Assembly (NCBI GenBank): GCA_003989065.1 | Contig: RXIW01000010.1 | Coordinates: forward strand, 1-64,000 | Reading direction: 5' to 3' | Source of the DNA: Candidatus Competibacteraceae bacterium | GTDB taxonomy: Bacteria; Pseudomonadota; Gammaproteobacteria; Competibacterales; Competibacteraceae | DNA: 64,000 nt | Shown here: positions 1 to 10,076 of the stretch, in pieces | Numbering within the stretch: position 1 is the stretch's first letter | How the letters are laid out: the number at the start of each line of letters is the position of its first letter | Made by a program: the position numbers and the translations under genes | The notes under the pieces: model-generated | Databases searched by the model: none | Told to the model about the DNA's origin: nothing | What the model saw: only the letters and a program-made list of their open reading frames with translations

Positions 1-468
1 CTTTTTCTCATGGTGCCCTCCCTGATCTGGAAGACTCTTTGAGTCATTCCATTCTTAAAAGATCATGAACAGGCTCTGAGGCGTTATAGCCACCAGAGTA
101 TAGACGCTCCTCGTTGGTACAGTATACAGATACTGACGTACCATAAAAAAGCAGCTATAACTCGATATCATCAAATTATCGCCATGAGCCGCCTACATCC
201 GTTGTATAGGCTCGTTGGAACCGAACGATATCGTCGCTAGTATCACGTTCGTTGATGACTTGCTTCCCTGTTTTGATACGATTAGGGAGATCAAGTATCA
301 CCACCGTTGACAACATAGTATCCATAAGGATGACAGAGTTGTCTACTGTCAGCCGCTCTTATAATATGATATTAATCTTAATGGTATACCATATTGCTAT
401 CTTTTCTTTTTTATAGTTCGAAAAGCGTGCCGCTGATGGTCCTATCGTCACCCTGACCAGAGAGTCGA

Positions 469-1482
469 ATGTTTTACTATCCTATCCGTACCTTGTTGTT
501 TCAACTCGACCCCGAAACTGCGCACTGCTGGACGTTGCAGCTGTTACGCTCGATGGCGGCGTTGCCTCTAAGTGGGTTGCTGACCAGCGACGTGCCCAGC
601 GCCCCACGGCAGGTGATGGGGATCGATTTTCCCAATCCCGTTGGGTTAGCGGCGGGGTTGGACAAGAACGGTGAATGTATCGGGGCATGGGCAGCTTTGG
701 GATTCGGCTTCGTCGAAATCGGTACGGTGACGCCACGCCCCCAGCCGGGCAATCCCAAGCCGCGCATGTTCCGTTTGCCGAAAGCCCAGGCTCTGATCAA
801 TCGCATGGGTTTCAACAACAAAGGAGTGGATTATCTGGTGGAGCAGGTGCGCCAGGCCCAGTTCAAGGGTGTGTTGGGCATCAACATCGGCAAGAATGCC
901 GATACTCCGGTTGCACAAGCCGTCGACGATTATCTGATCGGCTTGCGCAAGGTTTATCCGTGGGCGCGCTATGTCACGGTGAATATCTCCTCGCCCAATA
1001 CCCCCGGCCTGCGCGATCTACAATATGGCGCAGCGCTGGATCAGCTGTTGGCCGCCTTGAAGGCGGAGCAGCAGCGCTTGGCCGATAGTTACGGCCGCTA
1101 CATCCCGCTGGCGGTCAAGATCGCCCCGGATATCGCCGACGCCGATGTGCCGACCGTGGGACGGGCGTTGGTCCGGCATGGCATTGATGCGGTGATCGCG
1201 ACCAACACCACGTTCTCGCGCGCCGGGGTGGAAGGCTTGCCGCATGCCGACGAAGCCGGTGGGTTGAGCGGCGCGCCGCTGCGGGATCGTTCCACCGCCG
1301 TGGTGCGGCAATTGGCTGAAGTGGTGGAGGGGGCGCTGCCTATCATCGCCTCGGGCGGTATCCTGAGCGGAGCGGACGCCGCCGCCAAGATCGCGGCTGG
1401 CGCCAGCCTGGTGCAGATTTACACGGGCTTCATCTATCGCGGTCCGACATTGATCCGCGAAGCGGTCAAATCCTTGCGCTAG
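469..1482 (+). CDS. pyrD: dihydroorotate dehydrogenase (quinone), class 2
   Basis: 337 aa. N-terminal membrane-association helix and the DHOD FMN/orotate motifs ([28 protein letters not shown]). The preceding GAGAG is usable as a Shine-Dalgarno. Confidence 0.9.
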   Translation: MFYYPIRTLLFQLDPETAHCWTLQLLRSMAALPLSGLLTSDVPSAPRQVMGIDFPNPVGLAAGLDKNGECIGAWAALGFGFVEIGTVTPRPQPGNPKPRMFRLPKAQALINRMGFNNKGVDYLVEQVRQAQFKGVLGINIGKNADTPVAQAVDDYLIGLRKVYPWARYVTVNISSPNTPGLRDLQYGAALDQLLAALKAEQQRLADSYGRYIPLAVKIAPDIADADVPTVGRALVRHGIDAVIATNTTFSRAGVEGLPHADEAGGLSGAPLRDRSTAVVRQLAEVVEGALPIIASGGILSGADAAAKIAAGASLVQIYTGFIYRGPTLIREAVKSLR

Positions 1483-1563
1483 TCGGGCAAAGGCAAGCTG
1501 CGAGTCAGGGCGACCCTTGTTCCCGGAGTCGATCTCATTCATTCACCCGTGGAGGATTGATCC

Positions 1564-2373
1564 ATGTTCAGATGGTTGCCGTTGTTGTGGTTGTCGCTGG
1601 CGCCTGTTTTCGTTCAAGGAGCGGTCGAGCCCAGAGCCATCGAAACCAGGACGCTCGAATATCGGCAGGGCGATACCCGGCTGGTCGGCTATCTGGCCTA
1701 TCCCAAGGATCTCAAGGCGGCGCGGCCAGGGGTTCTGGTCGTGCATGAATGGATGGGATTGAACGACTACGCCAAACGCCGCGCCGAGCAATTGGCCGAG
1801 CTGGGTTATGTCGCCTTGGCCGCCGATATCTACGGCGATGGCAAGATCGCTGCCGATACTCAGGAAGCGGGTGCGCTGGCGGGTCAGTATAAGAAGGATC
1901 GGGCGCTGCTGCGGGCGCGTGTCGCCGCTGGACTGGCGGCGCTCAAGACCCAGCCGCACGTGGCCTCGAATCAGTTGGCCGCGATCGGTTATTGCTTCGG
2001 TGGCACGACGGTGTTGGAGCTGGCGCGCAGCGGGGCTGATGTGGCCGGTGTGGTCAGTTTCCATGGGGGTCTCGATTCGCCCGCGCCCCAGGATGCCCGC
2101 AACATCCGCGGCAAGGTGCTGGCCCTGCACGGGGCCGACGATCCCTATGTGCCGGCTGATCAGGTGGCGGCGTTCGAACAGGAAATGCGCGCGGGCAGCG
2201 TCGATTGGCAGTTGATCGCCTATGGCGGCGCTGTGCATGGCTTCACCAATCCAGCCAACGGTAGCGACAACCAAAAAGGGGTCGCTTACAATGCCAAGGC
2301 CGATCAGCGGTCCTGGCTGGCGATGCAGCAATTCTTCGCCGAATTGTTTGGCCCTGGCCAAAACGCCCCCTGA
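1564..2373 (+). CDS. dienelactone hydrolase family protein (secreted alpha/beta hydrolase)
   Basis: 269 aa. Signal peptide MFRWLPLLWLSLAPVFVQGA. DLH-like motifs (VVHEWMGLND, GYCFGG nucleophile elbow, HGF). GGAGG Shine-Dalgarno 8 nt upstream. Confidence 0.8.
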   Translation: MFRWLPLLWLSLAPVFVQGAVEPRAIETRTLEYRQGDTRLVGYLAYPKDLKAARPGVLVVHEWMGLNDYAKRRAEQLAELGYVALAADIYGDGKIAADTQEAGALAGQYKKDRALLRARVAAGLAALKTQPHVASNQLAAIGYCFGGTTVLELARSGADVAGVVSFHGGLDSPAPQDARNIRGKVLALHGADDPYVPADQVAAFEQEMRAGSVDWQLIAYGGAVHGFTNPANGSDNQKGVAYNAKADQRSWLAMQQFFAELFGPGQNAP

Positions 2374-2452
2374 GTCGGTCATTGGAGCCGGTTTCGTCGC
2401 CCAGCCCCGCGCAGTGCGAAACCGGCGTTGGCTCTTCTTCCCCGTTCGCGCC

Positions 2453-3418
2453 ATGCTCAATCGCCTGATCGCCGTCGCGCCGATGCTGGATTGGACCGAT
2501 CGGCACTGTCGGTTCTTTCTCCGGCTACTGACCCGGCATACCCTGCTGTATACCGAAATGGTGACTACCGGCGCGGTGTTGCGCGGTGATCGGCAGCGGT
2601 TCCTGTCCCATGCGCCGGCTGAACATCCCCTGGCCCTGCAACTGGGCGGCAGCGATCCAGCCGAGCTGGCCCGGTGCGCCCGCATTGCAGCCGACTTCGG
2701 CTATGACGAAGTGAATCTGAACATCGGCTGTCCCAGCGATCGGGTCCAGTCGGGACGGTTCGGCGCTTGTCTGATGGCCGAGCCCGCCCTAGTGGCGGAG
2801 TGTGTGGCCGCCATGCGGGCTGCAGTCGCCATTCCAGTCACGGTGAAGACCCGCATCGGCATCGACCAGCGGGATTCCGAGGCCGAGCTGGCCGATTTCG
2901 TCGCCCAGGTCGCCGCCGCTGGCTGCGAGATCTTCATCATCCATGCCCGTAAGGCTTGGTTGAACGGTTTGAGTCCGAAGGAGAACCGGGAGATTCCACC
3001 CTTGCGTTACGACGTGGTGCGGCGGATCAAGCAAAGTTTTCCCGCCTTGACCATCGTGCTGAACGGTGGACTGACGACTCTGGAACAAATAGCGGAGCAG
3101 CTGCAAACGGTGGATGGGGTCATGGTCGGCCGGGCAGCCTATGAAAATCCCTATCTGCTGGCCGAAGTGGATCGGCAGTTTTTCGCCTCGACCGAGCCGC
3201 CGCCCAGCCGCCGTCAGGTCATCCAGGCGTTTCTGCCCTACATCGAAGCACAATTGCGCCAGGGCGTACCGCTGCACAGCATGACCCGACACCTGTTCGG
3301 TCTGTTTCAGTCGGTGCCCGGGGCGCGAGCCTGGCGGCGGGTTTTGAGCGAACAAGGGCCCCGGCGTGGGGCGGGGCTGGAGGTCGTGGAAACGGCCTTG
3401 CGGCAGATCGCGGCATAA
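2453..3418 (+). CDS. dusA: tRNA-dihydrouridine synthase A
   Basis: VAPMLDWTDRHCRFFLRLLTRHTLLYTEMVTTGA is near-identical to the E. coli DusA N-terminal core, and the TIM-barrel flavoprotein motifs follow. The start was chosen at the in-frame ATG at 2453 (the track ORF begins at 2222). No clear Shine-Dalgarno; a GTG at 2414 is an alternative. Confidence 0.8.
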   Translation: MLNRLIAVAPMLDWTDRHCRFFLRLLTRHTLLYTEMVTTGAVLRGDRQRFLSHAPAEHPLALQLGGSDPAELARCARIAADFGYDEVNLNIGCPSDRVQSGRFGACLMAEPALVAECVAAMRAAVAIPVTVKTRIGIDQRDSEAELADFVAQVAAAGCEIFIIHARKAWLNGLSPKENREIPPLRYDVVRRIKQSFPALTIVLNGGLTTLEQIAEQLQTVDGVMVGRAAYENPYLLAEVDRQFFASTEPPPSRRQVIQAFLPYIEAQLRQGVPLHSMTRHLFGLFQSVPGARAWRRVLSEQGPRRGAGLEVVETALRQIAA

Positions 3419-3519
3419 ATCAAGATCCTGCCGATTGTTGTCACGCGCAATTCGCCCAGCCCTTGGCTTATGATGCGAACTATCCAAATAAAAACTGACT
3501 TTGTGAGGATTGCCCCGCC

Positions 3520-3972
3520 ATGTATGAATTTCTGCAGTATCAAGTCCGTGATGCCATGACCGTCGATCCGATCGCCGTCAGCCCCAAGACCAAGCTGAGC
3601 GAAATCGAGGAATTGTTCGAAACTCATGATTTCAATGGCGTACCGGTCGTGGATGATCAGTTGCGGCTGCTCGGTGTGCTGACCAAGTTCGATTTGCTGC
3701 GGGCATTCAGCCTCGATTCGCACGCCATGGTGCCCCATTACGACGAGATCATGGAGCAGACCGCCGATACGGTGATGACGCGCAATCCAGTCAGCGTCGG
3801 GCCGCAAATGCCGCTGAGCCGGTTGTTGCAGAAACTGGTGGATATGCGCACCAAGAGCTTGCCGGTGGTCGAAAACAATCGCCTGGTCGGGGTGATTGCC
3901 CGTGAGGATGTGCTCAAGGCGCTGCGGCGGGCGGCGATCAGGCATGAAATTCCGGTCCATCAGGACGCGTAG
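3520..3972 (+). CDS. CBS-pair domain protein
   Basis: 150 aa with two CBS motifs (FNGVPVVDDQLRLLGVLTKFDLL; LPVVENNRLVGVIAREDVLK). Its stop lies 3 nt before the next ATG, so the two are probably one operon. Confidence 0.75.
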   Translation: MYEFLQYQVRDAMTVDPIAVSPKTKLSEIEELFETHDFNGVPVVDDQLRLLGVLTKFDLLRAFSLDSHAMVPHYDEIMEQTADTVMTRNPVSVGPQMPLSRLLQKLVDMRTKSLPVVENNRLVGVIAREDVLKALRRAAIRHEIPVHQDA

Positions 3973-3974
3973 TC

Positions 3975-4976
3975 ATGACGACCCTGCTCTTTAATCATCC
4001 CGTCTGTCAGGAGCACGATACCGGTTTCGGTCACCCGGAGTGTTCAGCCCGCATCACGGCCGTGCTCAATGTCCTGCACACCTCACCTTTCGCCGCCCTG
4101 GAGTGGCGCGAGGCTCCGGAAGCCGAAATCGAACAACTGGCGCGCATTCATCCCCCGGAATACATCGAAAAAATCTTCGCCAGCATTCCCAAGCAGGGGC
4201 ATTACGCCATCGACGGCGATACCGTCGTCTCGCCGCGTTCGGGTGCGGCCGCACTGCGTGCGGCGGGCGCGGCCTGCGCGGCGGTGGATGCGGTGCTGAG
4301 GGGCGAGGCCGATAACGCCTTTTGCGCGACTCGGCCGCCGGGGCATCACGCCGAGCCCAAGCAGGCCATGGGTTTTTGCCTGTTCGCCAATGCTGCTATC
4401 GCCGCTGCCCATGCCCGCGCCGTCCATCATCTGGATCGGGTGGCGATCGTCGATTTCGACGTTCATCATGGCAATGGTACCCAGGCCGCGCTTCAACACG
4501 ACCCCGGCTATCTCTATATCTCCACCCATCAAGCCTATATTTATCCCGGCACCGGTCGCCGCGAGGAGCGCGGGGTCGACAATATCGTCAATATTCCTTT
4601 GCTGGCCAATAGCAATTCGGCCGACCTGCGCCATGCCTGGCAGTATGACATCGAGCCGGCCCTGAACGAGTTCCGGCCGCAGCTGATCCTGATCTCGGCC
4701 GGTTTCGACGCCCATCACATGGACCCGCTGGCGGAGCTCAATTTCAGCGAGGACGACTACAAGTGGTTGACCGAGCAGATTCTGGCGATTGCAGCCGAGT
4801 ACTGTAGCGGACGGGTGGTCTCGGTCCTGGAGGGGGGTTACAGCATTCCGGCGCTGGCGGCCAGCGTGGCCGTCCATGTCAGGGCGTTGCTGGAAGCGCC
4901 CAAGACGGCGCAGCGCTTGCTGATCAAAGGCATTCTGGCGCGCCAGAAAGCCAAGCGGGACGGCGCGCGACTGTAG
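3975..4976 (+). CDS. histone deacetylase superfamily protein (AcuC/APAH-like Zn amidohydrolase)
   Basis: 333 aa with the HDAC fold signatures: RPPGHHA, the DFDVHHGNGTQ Zn-binding site, SAGFDAHHMDPL, EGGY. Confidence 0.8.
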   Translation: MTTLLFNHPVCQEHDTGFGHPECSARITAVLNVLHTSPFAALEWREAPEAEIEQLARIHPPEYIEKIFASIPKQGHYAIDGDTVVSPRSGAAALRAAGAACAAVDAVLRGEADNAFCATRPPGHHAEPKQAMGFCLFANAAIAAAHARAVHHLDRVAIVDFDVHHGNGTQAALQHDPGYLYISTHQAYIYPGTGRREERGVDNIVNIPLLANSNSADLRHAWQYDIEPALNEFRPQLILISAGFDAHHMDPLAELNFSEDDYKWLTEQILAIAAEYCSGRVVSVLEGGYSIPALAASVAVHVRALLEAPKTAQRLLIKGILARQKAKRDGARL

Positions 4977-4987
4977 GCGTTGGCTTG

Positions 4988-5018
4988 CCCCGATTCCCCT
5001 TCGGTCTGGGGGATCGGG
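4988..5018. terminator. GC-rich hairpin between convergent HDAC-like and qor genes (candidate bidirectional terminator)
   Basis: CCCCGATTCCCC - loop TTCGGTCT - GGGGGATCGGG, an 11-bp stem with one mismatch. There is no strong U-tract, which is common in high-GC genomes. Confidence 0.35.
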
Positions 5019-5048
5019 AGAGCGGTCGCATCGATTGGCGCGATCGGG

Positions 5049-6026
5049 TCAGGGGAGCAGTACGGTAGAGCCGGTGGTCTGCCGCGCTTCCAGGGCGCGA
5101 TGGGCTTGGGCAGCTTCCGCCAGCGGATAGGTCTGCCGGATCTCGACCCTGACATCGCCATGCCCCACCACATCGAACAGTTCGGCAGCGCTGGCGAGTA
5201 GATCGGCGCGTTTGGCAGTGTAGGTCATCAGTGTCGGACGGGTCAGGAACAGGGAGCCTTTTGCCGCCAGGATGCCCGGTTCGAACGACGGTGCCGGTCC
5301 CGAGGCGTTGCCGAAACTGACCATCATCCCCAAGGGCCGCAGGCAATCCAGCGAACCCATGAACGTCTCCCGGCCCACCGAATCGTAAACCACCGCCACG
5401 CCTTGCCCATCGGTGACTTCCCGAACCCGTTCGACGAAATTCTCGCGGCTGTAGACGATGACGTGATGGCAGCCGTGGGCGCGGGCTAATTCGGCTTTTT
5501 GGTCGCTGCCGACCGTGCCGATGACGGTGGCGCCCAGATGACGCGCCCACTGGCTGATGAGCAGCCCGACCCCGCCGGCGGCGGCGTGCAGCAGGATGGT
5601 ATCGCCGGCTTGCACGCGATAGGTACGCCGTAGCAGAAATTGTGCGGTCATCCCTTGCAACATCATCGCAGCGGCGGTGCGATCGTCGATGGCGGTGGGC
5701 AAGGCCACCACCCGGTCGGCAGGAATCAGCCGAGCTTCGGCATAGGCTCCGACCGGTGGGCTGGCGTAAGCGACCCGATCTCCCACCTTGAATTCGCTGA
5801 CCCTGTCGCCGACCGCTTCCACCTGGCCTGCGCCTTCCATGCCAAGCGTCCACGGCAGCGCTGGCAGCGAATAGAGGCCGGTGCGGTGATAGATATCGAT
5901 GTAGTTGAGTCCGACCGCGCCATGGCGCACCCGCAGTTGACCGGGTCCGGGCTCGCCGATCTCGACCTCTTCCCAGCGCATCACCTCGGGACCGCCGTAT
6001 TCATGAATGCGGATCGCTTTTGCCAT
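5049..6026 (-). CDS. qor: NADPH:quinone oxidoreductase (MDR / zeta-crystallin family)
   Basis: The start is set at the MAKAIRIHEYGGPEVMRWEEV... ATG at 6026 (rc CAT 6024-6026), not the longer ORF reaching 6191. GroES-like N-terminus and the AAGGVG Rossmann motif. Confidence 0.8.
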   Translation of the reverse strand: MAKAIRIHEYGGPEVMRWEEVEIGEPGPGQLRVRHGAVGLNYIDIYHRTGLYSLPALPWTLGMEGAGQVEAVGDRVSEFKVGDRVAYASPPVGAYAEARLIPADRVVALPTAIDDRTAAAMMLQGMTAQFLLRRTYRVQAGDTILLHAAAGGVGLLISQWARHLGATVIGTVGSDQKAELARAHGCHHVIVYSRENFVERVREVTDGQGVAVVYDSVGRETFMGSLDCLRPLGMMVSFGNASGPAPSFEPGILAAKGSLFLTRPTLMTYTAKRADLLASAAELFDVVGHGDVRVEIRQTYPLAEAAQAHRALEARQTTGSTVLLP

Positions 6027-6229
6027 GGGATTCTCCTCGCTGAAGGTCAATGCTGTGCTAAGTCTAGCTGAACGGGCGGATGGGCGATGCGGCTGCGATG
6101 GGCCGGGCCGTTTGAGTGGGAATGCGGGTCCGCACCTATCGACAGCGGCGCGGCTGGAACAGGGATGGTGCTGTACCCTGCGCCGGTCCACGGTAAACTA
6201 ACCACTGGATTTCGACGGGACGGTGGATT

Positions 6230-7141
6230 ATGCGAGGCTTTGGACCGCGGGCGCTGACCCCGTACGATGGCTGGAGTTGGCTTGTGCTGGCGTGGCAACT
6301 GATGTGGCGGCGCCCATGGCTGTTCGTGGCGGTGGCCTTGTTCGCGCCGGGAGGAAGCGCCTTGCTGCTGGCCTTGCCGATCTGGGAGTGGTGGTTGCCG
6401 CCGCTGGGCGGGTGGGTCACGCTGGTCGCGACGATCCTGTGCTATGGGTTGCCCTTGAGCCTGACCGTGACGTTGGCCTGCGGGGTGGCGCGCGCCACCA
6501 ACCGCAAGCGGGCGCCGGCCTCGAAGTTGTTGTTCAATCGCACGGCCATCAAGGCGCTTTTCAGAACCAGCCTGTTCCTGTTCCTGTTATTGCTGCAAGG
6601 CTATCTGGTGGCCTACTGGGTGCAGGATCAGTTGTTACCCGTCGATATCTCCGCGATTGAAGGTAGTGCGTTGCCGCCGCCGCAGGTGGCTTTTGGCGTT
6701 GCCAATACCTTGCTGGGCACGCAACTCAGTGTGTTGGGCAGCCTGGTCATGATTCTGCAGATCCTGCTGGCGGTGTTCGTGGTTCCGCTGCAGCTGTTTC
6801 GCGAACTGCCGCTGTCGGTGTGCTGGCGGCGCAGCGCCCTGGCGATGCAGCTCAATCCCTGGCTGTTTCTGGCGCTCGGCCTGCTCGGTCTGGCGCTGAT
6901 CGCCTTGCCGTTCTTCGGCCCGTTTTCCATTCTGGCCCAAGTGCTGGCGTTGCCCTTGCCAGTTTATTGGGGGGCGTTGTTGTACGTGGCTTGGAGTGAC
7001 GTGTTCCAGAGTGGTGCGGAAGAGGAACTCGAAGAGCTGCGGGACTCGTGGCGGGTTCCCATGGGCGGCGGGTCGGTGTCGCGCCGCGACAGCGCCGCGC
7101 GCGACTCCGCTTCCTCGGCGGGTTCGCCGCCGTGGCGATAA
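6230..7141 (+). CDS. hypothetical polytopic inner-membrane protein
   Basis: 303 aa with about 8 hydrophobic helices and an acidic/Ser-rich C-terminal tail. No family recognised. Confidence 0.5.
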   Translation: MRGFGPRALTPYDGWSWLVLAWQLMWRRPWLFVAVALFAPGGSALLLALPIWEWWLPPLGGWVTLVATILCYGLPLSLTVTLACGVARATNRKRAPASKLLFNRTAIKALFRTSLFLFLLLLQGYLVAYWVQDQLLPVDISAIEGSALPPPQVAFGVANTLLGTQLSVLGSLVMILQILLAVFVVPLQLFRELPLSVCWRRSALAMQLNPWLFLALGLLGLALIALPFFGPFSILAQVLALPLPVYWGALLYVAWSDVFQSGAEEELEELRDSWRVPMGGGSVSRRDSAARDSASSAGSPPWR

Positions 7142-7166
7142 GGTCGGCCCGGCTCCAGCTCAAAAA

Positions 7167-7994
7167 TCAGAAAGCGGCCTGTGGCCAAATCGGCGTCGGG
7201 TGGCGGTCGGTCAGGACGCGGGCGCGGGGATTCCAGTCGCGCTGGGTGGTGAACAGCGGCAGCAGTAGCTCGCGACCGAAGCCGAAGGGACGCAGCTTGT
7301 CCTGCAGCGGTTCGGCGTTGCGCCCGATCACGTCGAGTGTCGGGAGACCGTCCAGTTTGACCAGGATGATGCGGTTGCGGTATTCGATCCGCAGATTGTA
7401 GAACTCGCCGAACACCGCTTCGTAGGTCGTCGATTCGTGATGGTAAAGGTGGCTGCAGGAGAAGGTGTTGGCCGCCAGGACGCCGTCGGCTGTCAGCAGC
7501 GCTTTTGTTTCGATCAGGAATTCCTGGGTGCGCAGATGCTCCGGGATGTATTCGTGATCGAAGGCGTCCAGCATGATCAGATCGTAACGTTGCCGGGACT
7601 GGCCGGCCTGCTGGACGAACTCCCGGCCATCCTCCTCGATGATCCGCACGCGCTGGCCTGGATCGAAGCTGAAGAAACGCCGGGCGACCCGCACCACGGC
7701 CGGATCGATTTCGACGACATCGATGGCGGCGTCCGGCAGGATCTGCGCCAGCGCCGTCGGCAACATGCCGCCGCCCAGTCCGACGATGAGGATCCGGCGA
7801 GGAGCGGGGTTCAGATACAGCGCGCCCATCATTAGTTTGGTGTAGCTGAAAACGAACTGGTTCGGATCGTCCAGGGACTGGCTGCTTTGCCGGGCGGATT
7901 GATTGTGACGGTTGAAGCTCATGCAGCGCTGCTCGTCGTCTTCGAAAATGACGATATCGCGATACTGTGATTTTTCGGTGTGAATGACGTTCAT
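7167..7994 (-). CDS. spermidine synthase-like (PABS-fold) methyltransferase-family protein
   Basis: 275 aa. ILIVGLGGGMLP is the SAM/dcSAM-binding glycine loop. VVEIDPAVV and DLIMLDAFD match the spermine/spermidine synthase family. Confidence 0.65.
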   Translation of the reverse strand: MNVIHTEKSQYRDIVIFEDDEQRCMSFNRHNQSARQSSQSLDDPNQFVFSYTKLMMGALYLNPAPRRILIVGLGGGMLPTALAQILPDAAIDVVEIDPAVVRVARRFFSFDPGQRVRIIEEDGREFVQQAGQSRQRYDLIMLDAFDHEYIPEHLRTQEFLIETKALLTADGVLAANTFSCSHLYHHESTTYEAVFGEFYNLRIEYRNRIILVKLDGLPTLDVIGRNAEPLQDKLRPFGFGRELLLPLFTTQRDWNPRARVLTDRHPTPIWPQAAF

Positions 7995-8213
7995 GGCGGC
8001 GGATGAGTCAGCACCGGCGAGAAAAAGCGCTCGGATAGGGGTTGCAGCCCTGGCTTGGTGAGGGCGCGGGCTGTGGCTATGGGCTGTCGAACGTTCGGTC
8101 AGCTAAAAGGAGATTAGCATAACCGCCGCCTGTCCTTCAGCGCGGCGGATGAATGCGAGTAAACGCGGGTGAAAGAAACCCGGTCTGGCGACCGGGCTTC
8201 GGTTGAGGGTTGC

Positions 8214-9362
8214 TTATTGCGCCGGCAGGTCGATGCGCACCGTATCACGCAACACGCCATCCAGCCCGCCGAACACGGTTAGCCGTTCGACCTTGTCCAC
8301 CACCTTTTCCAGCGCCTCCAGTTCCTTGAGCCGCAGCAGCAAGGGATTCTCTTCCATGAGCTTGGCCGTGTTGAGCAGCGAACGGGTGGCGGCGGTTTCC
8401 TCGCGTCGACGGATGACGTTGGCTTGCGCCACCTTCTCCGCCTGCACCACCTGGTTGAGAATATCCTTCATCTCACCGGGCAGGATCACATCCTTTAGGC
8501 CGACCGTTTCCAGCTCCAGGCCGTGGGGACGAATCTTCTCGACCGCGTAATCCCATACTGAGCGATCCAGTTCATCCTTGTCACCCAGCAGCACGTCCAG
8601 GGTGCGAGCGCCGATGGTCTGGCGCAGACCGAACTGCAAGGTCCGGTACAGGTATTCCCCGCCGTTGCCCAGTTCGGCGCGGACTTTCACCGGATCGGCG
8701 ATGCGGTAAACCGCCGACAGGTTCACCCGCAGGCTGACTTTGTCCTTGGTCAGAATGTCCTGGCCGGACACCTCCAGAGTCTGCAAGCGCAGATCTACCG
8801 CCTCGACTTTCACTGCGCGGTTGAAGCGCCAGAAAGCGTGCAGGCCGGGCGGCAAGGTGCGCACCAGCTCGCCGTCCACCAGCAGCAGACCGAGGTGGTT
8901 ATCCTCGATTTCGGCGGTCTGAATGAAACCGGTCAGGTTCTTGGCCAGACTCGCTGATGGCCGCGCCAACAACGCGGCGTGAGCTCGTGACAGGGCGTAA
9001 TCGGTGGTGATGTCGATCAACTCGACCCGCACTTCGACCGGACCGCGCCAATAAACCCGGCGGGTCGCAGGCGGCAACACGTTGTCCAGCCGACCATTCT
9101 TGTAGATCAGGCCAACCTGCCGCTCGCCGGTCTCGACCACCTGAAAATGGCGCGCGATCAAACCGGCGTCGGCTTTCAACAACACATCCAGCCAGGGGTG
9201 ATCGAACTCGGCCACGGTCAGATCGTAGCGCTGCACCTCGTGGCGGTTCAGCGGATCGAGCCAACGGTGAATACCCGGTTCCAGGATGGCCGCCAGTTGG
9301 CGGTCGTACAGGTGAAGCCCACGCTCATTCTGGGCGATGACGATTCGTTTGTAACCCAACAT
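8214..9362 (-). CDS. SPFH/band-7 (stomatin/flotillin-like) domain protein
   Basis: 382 aa. The N-terminal SPFH core is followed by a long coiled-coil, E/A-rich C-terminus. The start ATG was verified at 9362. Confidence 0.75.
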   Translation of the reverse strand: MLGYKRIVIAQNERGLHLYDRQLAAILEPGIHRWLDPLNRHEVQRYDLTVAEFDHPWLDVLLKADAGLIARHFQVVETGERQVGLIYKNGRLDNVLPPATRRVYWRGPVEVRVELIDITTDYALSRAHAALLARPSASLAKNLTGFIQTAEIEDNHLGLLLVDGELVRTLPPGLHAFWRFNRAVKVEAVDLRLQTLEVSGQDILTKDKVSLRVNLSAVYRIADPVKVRAELGNGGEYLYRTLQFGLRQTIGARTLDVLLGDKDELDRSVWDYAVEKIRPHGLELETVGLKDVILPGEMKDILNQVVQAEKVAQANVIRRREETAATRSLLNTAKLMEENPLLLRLKELEALEKVVDKVERLTVFGGLDGVLRDTVRIDLPAQ

Positions 9363-9814
9363 GTTGATGATCCTTGTTAATGTGACTTTCCGTCTTTATC
9401 TGGTCCACCGCAATCCGGTGGGTGAGCGTGGCGTGTTGCGAGTCGGCGCCGTTTCCGGCCTGCCACTGCCGAGCGTCAGGATGTCCTCAAGCGTTTCTCC
9501 TGCCGGTTGTTTGATGAAAATTGAATGGGTGGGAACACACCCCACGTCCACACGGCGGGCGACGGGTCGGCGCTCGGATCGACGAGCGGCGGGCCTGACG
9601 CAGTGATCGACATCCATGCCGACCGCTCTGGACCAGGCTGGTCGCTCCCGACCTTGAGTCCGATTCACCGCCGCGCGAGACCGTGTCGGCGTTGCGGGCC
9701 GTCAACCGTCAGCGCCGAAGCATCGGACCGGCTGGCGTCCGCGGGGGTGGTTCCCGGGGTACTGCATCGATAGGCGGATTCGAACCGCAAGCCTGTTGAG
9801 GGCTTTTACCAGGT

Positions 9815-9886
9815 AGAAAAAGGAGGGAGTCGAACCCTCGACCGTCTGATGATGAGTCAGATGCTCTCCCACTGAGCTACTTTCCT
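9815..9886 (-). tRNA. tRNA-like element with anticodon CAU (Met/Ile2 type), possibly degenerate
   Basis: Minus-strand cloverleaf read by eye. Present are U8-A9, a perfect D-arm (GCTC AGTGGGA GAGC), a perfect anticodon arm (TCTGA CTCATCA TCAGA, anticodon CAT) and a canonical T-arm (GAGGG TTCGACT CCCTC). The acceptor stem AGGAAAG/CTTTTTC is weak: an A1xC72 mismatch, two G-U pairs, and no encoded CCA. Confidence 0.45.
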
Positions 9887-10040
9887 CGCTTCGAAGCGCC
9901 GTCATCCACCCGACACACGCCGTGCGATGATTAGCTTTGGCGCGCCGGACCGGCTGTTGAACCGGCGCCGCTGTGCGGTGACGGAGCTGCTTCGAATCTT
10001 GCCGGCGGGGATTTCGCTCTCTTTCCGCCGGCGGCCAGAC

Positions 10041-10076
10041 AATAAAAAACCCCGGAAGGCGGACTGCCGACCGGGG
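10041..10076 (-). terminator. rho-independent terminator (minus orientation)
   Basis: On the minus strand, CCCCGG - 15-nt loop - CCGGGG is followed by TTTTTTATT. It lies about 250 bp downstream of the minus-strand phosphatase gene. Confidence 0.4.

Noticed and set aside
176-325. 50-codon minus-strand ORF (MDTMLSTVVILDLPNRIKTGKQVINERDTS...) in the AT-rich left-edge block
   Set aside because: No Shine-Dalgarno and no recognisable family. Too short to support. Mentioned only as context for the AT-rich block.
6027-6191. N-terminal extension of the qor ORF (start at 6191) and, similarly, of glgP (13274), gshB (21120), gmk (34638), pyrG (45822), degP (41876), PilT/PilU (41909)
   Set aside because: Conserved N-termini begin at internal ATGs with plausible Shine-Dalgarno sequences. 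The upstream extensions are Arg/Pro-rich and unconserved.
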